Shown here one piece after another: positions 7,388 to 18,400 of a stretch of 64,000 nt of DNA. The stretch comes from a virus. The notes beneath the pieces were generated by a model. It worked only from the letters and a program-made list of their open reading frames with translations, did no database searches and had not been told where the DNA came from. How positions within the stretch are numbered: the stretch's first letter is position 1; each line of letters begins with the position of its first letter. A program made the position numbers and the translations under genes. The stretch lies in IMG/VR virus record IMGVR_UViG_3300045988_076436; one strand, written 5' to 3'.

Positions 7388-9400
7388 TTATGTCGGTTGC
7401 ATCATCTGCTGTGCCTGGTTCACGGCTTGCATGTTCGCTCCCTGCTGAACCTGCTGTGCAAGTTCTGGCGACATTCCGTCCGGCACTTGCCCTTGCTCCA
7501 ACTGCTCCCTCTGCGACTTGATGCTCTGCAGCAACTCGTCTGCAAATGGGAAATCTCCGTGTTCAAGCAACTGCTCCACACTGATTGCCTTGGCTTGCCA
7601 CAACTGCATGAGCATGTCGTTGGTCAAGGCGCGGTAGGCTGGCGTGGCGGTGCTTTCCACAATGCTTAGGTCAAACTCCACATCGCGTATCTTCCGTGGA
7701 TCGTACTCCACGATGGTGGAGTTCTTTCCTGCAATGTTGAATACGCGCGGTGTGTCGTAGAACTGCTGTATGTTCTTCACGTCCTTGTACGCTCCGTCTC
7801 TGATGAATGCCGAGAACGTGTCGAGCAGGTCAAGCAGCGAGGTGGTGGCGTTCTGCGCCTGTTGGTTATACAGACTGGCTGACATGCCCGAATAGCCGGG
7901 CTTGCCCTGCAACGCTCCGTTCACGCCCGATATGTCCTCGAAGAACTTCAGCTGCATGTTCAGCAACTCCGAGATGCCTATCTGCGTGCAGTTGTTGGCT
8001 ATCTGCTGCGGCAGTGCCTGTCCTGCCTTGGGCTGCTTTATCATGATGATGCCGTTGAACCTTGCCCACTCGTCCGCAACATCTTCCATCGACATGCCCT
8101 TGGGCAGACATTCTTCCGGGAACAGCAGCACACCCTTGGCTGACGCTCGCATTATCCAGTCGTACATCGTTATCAAGCGGTTGGTGTACCGCTGCTGGTC
8201 TATCACGTTGCTCACAAACGAGTGTATCTCTCCGTCTATGAATGGGTATGCCTTGAACACATAGGGGTGGCTCTTGTGCTCGTAGGGTGTCTCGCCCTCT
8301 TCAAGTATGTCTCCGAATGGGGTGAGCATGTAGTAGTACCAGTATGAGTCCATGAACCACTCATAGCGGATAAGCGGCACATCGTCCTCGCTCATGCCCA
8401 ACTCTCGCGCCTGTTGCAGTCGCTTCTCATTCTCGTCAAGCACAAGTTCCTTGAAGTCCTCCATGTCCACCTTGAACACGTCTCCGTTGTTCACGTCATG
8501 GCAGCGCACTCTCTCCTTGCTTTCCTTGCGCCACACCTCAATTACCCTGCATCGGCTCTGGTCGTAGGGCACGAGGAAGTCGTAGTAGCCTTGCAGGGGA
8601 TAGCCGAAGTTGTCATACATGGCACTGAGATACGATTTGTCCTTGGCATACTTGTATATCTCGGCCAGTCGGTCGTAGTCGGCCTTGCTGTGGGCAAAGC
8701 GTCCGCACAAGTCCTCAAACGAGATGTCGTGTATCTCGCCCAAGCAACTGCAATCCCAACCTCTAAAGTCCCTCATGTTGTTGTCGATGAAGAAATTGTT
8801 GGGCTGCACATAGTCCGTCCAGCAGTCCAGCTTGTTTTCTCGCCAGCCGTACCACTTCCGCTGCACCACAAATCCCGATATGAGGAACTCTTCCATGCAC
8901 CTTGCGTTTATCTCGGTCATGCGGTTCAGCTGCATGTTGCATTGCAGCACGGTACTCATGGTTTCGCCATACCGTTGCTCGTCTCTGTCTCTTGCCGTGC
9001 AGGTCGGCTCTTTGGCTTGGCTGCGGTACACGCCAAGCACGGCTTGCACCATGCGTCTGATGAGGTTGTTCTTCAGCGGCACGTTGCCTTGTTTCTTGAT
9101 GAGTTCCTCTTCCTTCATCATCTTGCCGTTCACGCATACATAGTCATCCCACTGTCTACCGTAGGTGTAGTTTTTGTTCCTCTCACGGTCTCTGCGGAAT
9201 GTCTCCATCGCAAGCCAATACTGCTGTGCTTGCCACAACACCTCAAAGGCACGGTTATTGCCCATCGTGCGCCTTGCATGGCTCACGCTGTCCAATTCCT
9301 TTTGCGGCATCACACGGCTCATTCTATGTAGTTTCTTTGTTGCCATATTCATTGTGTAATTTGGGACGATGCAAAGGTAATCCCTTGCACCGTCCCTCAT
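7388..9400 (-). CDS. Putative portal protein (670 aa; alternative ATG at 9352)
   Basis: The size and the position beside the terminase, at the end of the virion-protein operon, fit a portal. The C-terminus is Q-rich. The assignment is by size and synteny rather than a diagnostic motif. Confidence 0.6.
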   Translation of the reverse strand: MRDGARDYLCIVPNYTMNMATKKLHRMSRVMPQKELDSVSHARRTMGNNRAFEVLWQAQQYWLAMETFRRDRERNKNYTYGRQWDDYVCVNGKMMKEEELIKKQGNVPLKNNLIRRMVQAVLGVYRSQAKEPTCTARDRDEQRYGETMSTVLQCNMQLNRMTEINARCMEEFLISGFVVQRKWYGWRENKLDCWTDYVQPNNFFIDNNMRDFRGWDCSCLGEIHDISFEDLCGRFAHSKADYDRLAEIYKYAKDKSYLSAMYDNFGYPLQGYYDFLVPYDQSRCRVIEVWRKESKERVRCHDVNNGDVFKVDMEDFKELVLDENEKRLQQARELGMSEDDVPLIRYEWFMDSYWYYYMLTPFGDILEEGETPYEHKSHPYVFKAYPFIDGEIHSFVSNVIDQQRYTNRLITMYDWIMRASAKGVLLFPEECLPKGMSMEDVADEWARFNGIIMIKQPKAGQALPQQIANNCTQIGISELLNMQLKFFEDISGVNGALQGKPGYSGMSASLYNQQAQNATTSLLDLLDTFSAFIRDGAYKDVKNIQQFYDTPRVFNIAGKNSTIVEYDPRKIRDVEFDLSIVESTATPAYRALTNDMLMQLWQAKAISVEQLLEHGDFPFADELLQSIKSQREQLEQGQVPDGMSPELAQQVQQGANMQAVNQAQQMMQPT

Positions 9401-9407
9401 TGTTTAA

Positions 9408-12400
9408 CTATTGTTGCTTTCCGTTCCTTATCTCATTCACGGCATCCACAAGTTCTTTCTTCTTCTCATTGAGTTCGGCTTCAAGTTCCTTACGTTCATC
9501 GTCCCTCAAAGTCTGGTCTTTCAACTCCTCGTTGATGTCGTCAATGTCACCCGAATACTCCTCGTAGGTTTCCAAGATGCGGTACTCTGGCGAGTTGTTC
9601 AGCCATGCTATCTTGTCGGCATAGTCAAACACTCCGTCTGCCGTATCGTTCTCGTAGTGGTTCAACCGGGTGCGCAACCGCTCGCTTTCGTTCTTTATTC
9701 TGAAATACTCGTTGTTGATTGCACGGTACTCTGTACGCTCGTCACCACTCTTGACAAGTCGGTTCAGCAACAGGAAACTGCGAGGGTCATACTCTCGGTC
9801 GCCAAAGACGGTTTCTCCCATCTTTGTGAGTTTGTCAACCGTTGACGATACTCCGCCAAAGACACCGTTCAGCAGGTATTCCACCTGCGCAGGGTTTATG
9901 TCAATCTTGCCGCTTGTATAGGCATCGCCACCAGTGGCTTCGTTCAGAGCCTTTGAGAGTCCTACCAAATATTTGTTGGCACTCTTGTACGCCTTAGTCC
10001 ATTCGGGCATTTCCTTGTTGAAAGGAGTGTCCTTGTATATCGGCATACCAGTCCATCCCTCGTTGGTCATTACTTCCGCAACAGGCTTGACGGCACTCGG
10101 AATGAAAGACTTGAAGCTGCCGCCTCCCTCCATGAAGTCGATAGGCAACATCTGGCTCACTTGACTTGCAATTTGATTGGCAAGTTCACCTGCGGTGTAG
10201 TGTTCCTTGCCGCTCATCGCGCTCACCATCAGCTCACCCATGCCATACATGGCTCTGTATTCCACAGGGAGAGGAATGCTTATCCACGACTCTTTCATGC
10301 CCGGTGTGCGGAATACGATATTGCTCCTGCGCACATATTCGGGCAAGTTATAGTAGTCGTTCTTGTTCTCATCGTCTCCATCATCACCGCCAATTCCTGC
10401 CATCAATGCACCGAGCAGGAACATTGTGGCGGCTCCTGCAACCGCTTTCTTCGGGTGTCGCTTTGCTTGCCGTCCGAAGTTGGTTGTGCCTTGTATGGCG
10501 GCATTCCAGAACACATAGAAACTGCGGCCAAGTCCCGAGGTGAATGCGGCTACATTGCCGACCTTTTTCTGACCATTCGCACCCATGAACTTTGCGCCAC
10601 TGCCTTTCTTGTTGAAATTCACGCTTATCTCCTTGGCATCATAGATGCTGCGGTCAATGGAGCGTTTCATCTGCCGTGAGGTCATAAAGGCGACAAAACG
10701 TGCGCAGTTCTCCACTGCCCGGTTGTACTCGTCAAGACGCTCACCCAACAAGTCCCAAGCCTTTCTGACTGGCATCTGTCCGCTGTTCTTCTTCAACTCA
10801 CGCTTGATGTCGTTCTTGCGCTGCTCAATGTCACGGATGTTGGCATAGCCTGTCTCACCGCCATTCATCATGAACTGGTGGAACATCTTTTCCGTATCAT
10901 CGTTCATGTCAAGTGTGCCATTGCGCAACTTGGCAAGGAGCGACTTCATCTTGGCAGGGTTCACCTTGGCAAAGTTCTTGTGGAAACGCCATGCGTAGTT
11001 TGGGCTTTCCTTTACCCATACCATTGTGTTGGCATAGAGCGCATCCCTTACAAAGTTCGACACCACGAAGTCGGGGTTTCGTGTGGTGTAGAATGCGGAC
11101 AACTGGCGGTTTATGGTTTCTCCCACACGCAGGATTGCACCGATTGCGCCCGATGTGTCATTGTCGGGGTTGGTCTGTCCGTTCAACGCTTGCGCGGCTC
11201 TCGGGTTGCCATTGATGGTGAGGATGATGTCCCTGCCGTTTCTTTTCACAAGCACTTGGTGCTGTCTGAGGTCGCGGCTCTCCAAGACTCTGTACGGAAA
11301 TTCGGGATTGTCCTTCTGTTTCTTGAAGTGCGCGGGGTCGTTATATGCGGCTTGCCGTATTGCGTCCTCGAAGTCACGCATCTTGCGCTCCACATCGCGA
11401 GGGCTGTCGTCCTCCTCAATGCGCTCCGTGCCTTGCAGGTCACCCGAGTTGATGGGTTGCCACTCGTCAGTCGCGTCATTGTGCCACAGCCACAAGTCGC
11501 TCACACTCACAAGGTCGCTCGGGTGGTTTAGCGCGAAGTTCAAGAATTTCTGCTTCACTAATGTATTGCGGTTGCCCTGCATTATCGCGCTCTCGGCCAT
11601 CGCCTCCATGTTGGCAAACGGGTCGTCGGCCTTGCTCTTGCGTCCCTTGGCGGTTTTGATGGGAGCGTTGAATGCGCTGTGCTTGTCAGAAAGATAGGCA
11701 TACGCCTCGTCACTCGTCTTGTCGTCAAAGCCACGCAACGGTATGTAGTTCTTGTACATTCCGCTGATGTCATTGTATGTGGCCTTGCTGATAAGTCCGC
11801 TCTCGTAGGTTTTCAGCAAGGTGGCATAGTTCACTGCGTTCACCTTGTCCCACAAGTCGTTTGTGGCGTGCCGTCCCTCGTAGTCCGTTACCATGCGCTG
11901 TGCCTCATTCTCCGCGTCCACAACATTGTCAGTACCTGTCAAGGCGGTAAGTCCTGCATAGTCGCGTCCTCGGTTCTCAAAGTATAACTCCTCCTCACGG
12001 TCGTGTTTGCGCTGCTTCACATCGTCAAGCGTGTCTGCCGCATCTTGATCGAGTGGGTCTATGGCTGCGGCTCGCTCAGCCTTGCGCAACTCTATCCTAA
12101 ACTCCTCACCAGCTTGCTTCTCGGCTGATCTGCGTGCCATTACCTCGTTACGCTCCAATCCGTGCTTAGCCATCATATAGTCAGTCAACTCAGCACGCTC
12201 GTCCGCTGTCTCAGCAAGTTTCGCCACCTCCTCAAGCATAGGTTTGAACAATGTCTGCGCAAATGCTGTACACTCTGCTTGGTTTACAGAAGAAAGGCGA
12301 TTTTCACCAAGATAGGCGTTCTCATATCCAGCTACGTCCTCTATGTAAGCCTTTTTGCCCTCTGCTTTGAGTATTGCGTCCATAGCCTCTTTCAGACCGA

Positions 12401-15400
12401 GCATACTATCTTGCAGAGCCTCCTGCGTCTGGTACATTCCACGGCTCACACGCTGCTCGTATATGTCACGTGCCATTGCCTTGTTGTACTCCACACTGTC
12501 GCCATCGCGGAACTTCATGCCCCCATCGGGGTCGGTCTCTGGACTATGGTTGTCCTTTGCAAGTCCTGTCTTGTCGTGATACTCGCCAGTATCAAGCAAA
12601 TCAGAAATACTTTCTGCAATGGCACTCAATGTTCCCGCAGGTGCTTTGCGAATATCCTCTTTGAAGTAAACATACTCGTTTGCAAACTTCCCATCTTCTG
12701 CATGAAATCTGTTAGGACTTCGTTTAGTCTTGATAACAATGCTTTCGACAGGCTCATCACCGACATTTGCTGCGTTGATGTTATGGTTGCTCACTCTGAT
12801 AGTAAACACCTTGCCATTGGGCGTTTCAAATGAGCCATACCCACTTCCAGTGCTGCCTCTTGTCAGACCAAGACTATTGCTTAAATCTGATATAAAGCCC
12901 TTGCTGTCAGTTGTATTCTTGTATGTTTTTGCAACATTTGCAAGTGCTTCTTTGGCTTTCTCACGTTTTTGCTGTACCTTTGCAGCGTGTTCAACATCAG
13001 TAGGCTCTAAGTGCTTAAGTGCTGCCTCATTGAGTTGGGCACTTTTTTTATGTCCATCACTGAACTTCGTCTCACCAAACCCTGTCTTTCTCCGCATTAC
13101 CTCGGTATCGGCTGCGTCAAACACATCGGGCTTACCTCCGTTCTTTTTGCGCTTGTATGCTTCGTGCAGGACAAACGCCCATTCCTTATCACCCCATTTC
13201 TTCTTGCCAGGGATTTTCAATCCGTCAAGCAACTTTTGAAGGGCTTTTTGGAGCATGGACTTCAACTTGCCCCAGAACGTAAGTTCCTCGGCACTCATCT
13301 TCTCAAAGCCTTTCTCACCGATGCGCCCTGCAAGGTCTGCTCCGTATTCCTCCGTGGCATCACGTTTGAACTGCTCGCGCTTCTTGCTTGCCTCGGCATG
13401 AGCCTCTGCCATGTCCGCATAGTAGGAGGCGTTGCTGTCCTCGCCATTGGCCTCATGCTCCTTGCGCTTCTTCTCGCGGAGTCTGTCCACCTCGGCATCG
13501 TACATCTTCTGCGCCATGCGGTCAATGCTGTTCCGTATCTCGTCTTTCGACACGCGGTAGAGTTCATCGAGCGCATTGTTCAGTTTCTCCTCTTCGGGGA
13601 ACAGCACACGCAGTCCGTCATGCCCCACAACCTCATGGATAAACGTGTTCTCCACATCTGCCATGTTTGCGTTGTTCGGCACAACAATGGTTACTTCACC
13701 AGTCAAAGGATTAAAGCTGCCTTTCATTCTGCGCTGGCGTGTACTCGGCAATGCGGCCACCTCCTCGTCCGTGCGGATAATGCGCACAGGTGTATGGAGC
13801 CGCTCTGCCAACTCGTTCACACGCTCGGCCATCGCATTGTTCATCGCCTCCTTGGGTTCGCCCACCCACTTGCCAGACATCTTGGCATTGATGCGTGCAA
13901 TGTCCTCGTTGGTCATGAATGGTGCGTGTCCCTCGCGTCCGGGGATAACATCACGGTTCTCCATATTCTGCCTGTCAAGTGCAAGGCTTTCTTCGGGAGT
14001 GAGTTCTTTACCGTCCAACTCAAAGCGGTAGCCCATCTTCTCCAACTCTCTGCGCACCTGCGGCACAAAGCGGTTGTAGTCGCGGTGGCTCTTCAATGCC
14101 TCACGCTTGCCGGGGTGTTTCTTCCAATATTCGTCAATGAGTTTGGCTTCCTCCTCGCGCGTGAGCACTTTGTCTATCTTGCTCCAGCGTGAGAGGTAGA
14201 GCGTGCGGCCGTTGTTCCACTGATGCGCTCCTGTGGGCAGTAGGGCATAGTCGGTATGGAATGGTTCGTCAATCTCCGATTTCGGAATGAGGCTGCGCAC
14301 CACAACAAGGTTCGGACGCTTGTACGCCTCGCCAAACTGGGTGTTAAGCGGTGTCTCGATGGCATGGTCATAGGGGTCGTATGCCGCCCACAAGCCTTTG
14401 TCCTCGGGGTTCTTCTTCAAGAAGTATTGCAGCTGTGCGTCCTTGGTCTTGGGTTTCACGAACTTCAATCCGTCATTTATCTGCAACTCTGTGGTTTTCT
14501 TGCCGTCCACCACGATGTAGCCGTTCTTGTTGAGTTCGTCCAACTTGCGCTGCTGCTCCTCGGTGAGTTCCACCTTTGGAGGTGCAGAATAGTTCCAACG
14601 TCTGCCTTCCAATGTTCTGCGCTCGCCTGTCTCGGCATCGGTAAATGCCATAGGTGAACCCAGTGCATCATCCTCAAAGGCTTGCACATTGCGATATACA
14701 GGCACAAGCTCGCTGTCGGGCAATGCCTCCAATTCCTGCGCCTTTGGATCATCGTCCTCAAGCAAACGGAACTTGGTCTTGTCTTCCGTTGTATCGTCCT
14801 CATCGTCTGTGACAATATCGGTTGCTGCCTCCACACTTGCGTCCATCTCGGCATACTTCTTTTCCTTTTCTGCCAACTCCTGTTTCATGGCCTCGGTGTA
14901 TTCCTCCAACTGACGCTCGGCTTCTTCGAGTTCCTTACCAAACTCAAACGGTTTGCCCTCACGTGCTTTCAGTTGTTCCAACTCTGATTTGCCACGTTTC
15001 GCCATGCGTGCGGCAATGTCAAAACGCTCTGCGAAGTCCTTACCTGTGATTACATTCTCGGTGATGTCCTCCACGGCATTGCGCAAGAGGGACTGCTTGA
15101 CAGGTATGTCGGTCAGTCCGAGTTCGGGGCATGAGTAGGTCATTTTGCGGTGTACCTCGGCAAAGAGCGAACCGCCATTGTTCACCGTTTCACGCGACAT
15201 CTCGGTCTTGACAACGAAGTCATAACCGCCCAACGACAGGGTGAGCGTGTTGGTCTGTGCCGAATTGCCGGGGTTCTCTTTCATGGCCTTTACCGCATCG
15301 AGGATTTTCTTGTTGTGTTCCTTGATGAAGTCTGCCATGCCGTCCACGGAAGTGAATTTCTGCTTGCCGATGGTTATGTCCGTAAACTTGCCACCAGGGA

Positions 15401-18400
15401 ATGCTTTCTGCACGGCAAGCAGATGGGCATTGGCTTCCTCGGCACGCTGCTCTGCCGTCTTTATCTTTCCCTCCAACTTGGGTTTGGCATTGTGGATATA
15501 GGTCTGGTCGGCCTCCCACTGCCTCCTGCGGCTCTCGTACTTGCGCACGTTCTTCTCCGCGTTGTTCTTCAGCAGGGCATACTCACTGCCCGAAAGCTGC
15601 GCCACGGTATCACCGAACACATCTTCTTCCTCTTCAAGCACACGGTTGTTCATGCTGTCCTGCATGAGGCGGTCGCCCTCCATCACGCTGTCGGCAATCG
15701 CTCCCTTGGTTTTGAGTCGCTGATAGGCGGTTACGTCAAGGCTGTCCTCCACACCAAAGCGAAGAACACGCACAGGCTTTCCCCATTTCTTGTGCAGGTT
15801 GCCTTGTCTGAGGATACGTCCGTTGCGCTGCGTGTAGTCCATCGGTCTGTTGGGCGCGTCAAGGTGGATAAGGGTGTGCAGACGCTCCTGAATGTTCACG
15901 CCTGTACCGAGGGTGGCGGTACTGCCGAGTACCACACGCACCTCGCCACGGTTCACCTTGTCGAAGATGTCAAGTTTCTGCTTTATCTTCATACCTGCTT
16001 TCATTACAACCACTTCATTGGCTGGCACACCCTGCTCAATGAGTTTCCGCTTGATGTCCTCATACAGGTTGAAACCGCTGCGCTTATTCTCGTAGTTGTC
16101 GGCAAATATGGCCACCGTTCCCTTGTAGTCGTTCGTTTCTTTCAGCGAGCGCAGAGTTTGGCGCACGGCCTCGTTGGTCTTGCTCCTTGGGTCATCCTCC
16201 GCATCCACCTGTACCAACCGTGCATCCACTGCCGCTCTTTGCGCTATGCCATACATGGTGAGGGGGATGCTGCTGTTCGCCTTTTTCTCCTTGCCGCTCA
16301 TTTCATCAAAGCGTTTGAGTTCATCGCGCACATACTTCATCACGCTGCGCAGGGCGCGTGTCTGTGGCAGATAGATGTCTTGTGCCTTGCCGCCCTCCAT
16401 TTCGGGTATTTTCTTCACCAACTCGGTTTGCTCCTTGGTCAGCGCAGTGTCTGAAACACTTGACCAGATACGCACCAGTTCGGGCATATTTGTATATCCT
16501 GCAAAACGGTTCACCTCCTCAAATCTGCCACTTGTCTTGAATTCGGGCATCTGCTGTATGTTGCCGAAGTTGCGCACGAAGTCGTCAAAGTAGTAGATAC
16601 CGTACTCCTTCATGGTGTCCTTTGGCATGAGGTAGCGCATGAAAGTCCATATCTCTGCGGCTGTGTTGCTGATAGGCGTACCAGTGGCGAAGATGACGTT
16701 ACGTCCGTTGTTCTTCTCCAACACGGCCTGTGTCTTTAGATACACGCCTTGCGACTTCTTGCTGTACGATGGGTCAACGCCTTTCACACCGTGCTGCATG
16801 GCTGTGGCAAATCCGAGGTGCTTGTATTCGTGCGCCTCGTCAATGAGCAGTGCGTCAATACCCATATCGTCAAAGTTCTCCACATCGTCCGTCCTGCGGT
16901 CGAGCATTTCCTGTGCCTTGACTGCCGCATTTTGCTTGGCTACGGCTTTCTTCTTCTCGTTGTTGGCGGTGCGCTTCTTCGATATGTCGTCCGACAATGC
17001 GGCCATTTCCGCTTGCAGGTCGGCCAACTCCTTTTCGGCTCGTCTCGTTATCGGGTCTCTGCCGCTGGTGTCTGCTTCACGCATCTGTTCAAGCACAAGC
17101 ATCTTCTCGTCTATCTTGTCTTGGATAAACTGCATCTGACGCTCATCGCTGTCGGGGATTTTATCCAACGTACTTTGTGGAATGATTACCATGTCCCAAT
17201 CATTGTACTTTATCTTGGCATAGAAATTCTTTCGTCCCTCCGCGTTGCGGTCATTATCATCAAGCACAAGCACCTTGGCATTGGGGTATAGTTCCTTGGC
17301 CGAGGCAGCAAACTGGCCTACGGTGGCGTTCTGTACCACAATCATAGGTTTGTGTGCCGTGCCGAGTCTGCGCATCTCCATAGCGGTGGAGATAAGGGTG
17401 AAGGTCTTGCCCGTGCCTACCTCATGGGCGAGCAACAGCGGCTGCATGGTGCCGCGCACGATGGCCTTGCCTTGGTGTGGGCGCATCTTGAACTTGTGGG
17501 TCGCGCCTCCGAAGTATTCGGGTACGAAGTCATCGGGGATGCTCATTGGCACATAGTTGTTGAAGCGGTCGTTATACTCTTGCTCCATGCGTGCCGACAA
17601 GTCCGCATCGCTCTGCATCTTCTGTCGTGCCCAGTCCTTGAAGTCCTGCCGTATCTCGTCTATCTTGGCGGCACACGCTGATGTGGCCTCGCGGTCGGTG
17701 ATGGTCTCCGTTGTGCCGTCATAGTGTTTCTCTGTGCGTGATACGACAATCGTTTTGTTCTGTATGGCGGCTCCGATGAGTTCATGTCCCATGACGGTTT
17801 TCTTCAGCATCTCGCTCACCACACCCATTGCACGGTTCTTCTCTCCGCTCACATCGTAGGACAGTTCTTTCATGAACCATGTGCCGCCAGCTGCCGTAAA
17901 CTGCACGTCTATGTCGGTGCGGTCTTTCACATACTCGTTATAGAGTTTGGGGTCAAGCCATGACGAGCCGAGCGTGAAGTCTATCAAGTGGGCAGGGATA
18001 TTCATCGGCACGACTTCCTGCAATGCCTTGATATTCTTGTCATACTCGCCATTCTCGTTGTTGGCCTCTGCCTGTTTCAGTTTCTCGCGCACATTACCGC
18101 TCAGATACTGATACGACACTTCCATCTGACGTGAGGTTGGGTCTTCAAAGCCAAGGCCGCTTTCGATGATTTCACGTTTCACCGCATCCTCGCCCATACC
18201 GAGCTGCCCGGCAATGTAGGGTACATCAATGCGTCCGTTCTTGAACATGCTCACAACAACTCCGTCCTTGACGTTTTCGGGATGCGGCTCGTTCTCTTTC
18301 TCCACGACACGGCCTTTCATCACGTCTGCCTTGTCGTAGGTCTTGACAACACCGCCCTTACCGTCTCCCTGCTCGTTGTACACTTCCAACGAGAACACGT

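Noticed and set aside
15150-16454. Long plus-strand ORFs inside the giant gene (for example 15150..16454 at 434 aa, 13011..14192 at 393 aa, 10878..11531, 24288..25040, 25227..25976)
   Set aside because: They are antisense shadows of a strongly biased coding frame. Their translations are L/V/H/R/C-rich with no motifs, and the minus-strand frame carries clear enzyme motifs throughout.
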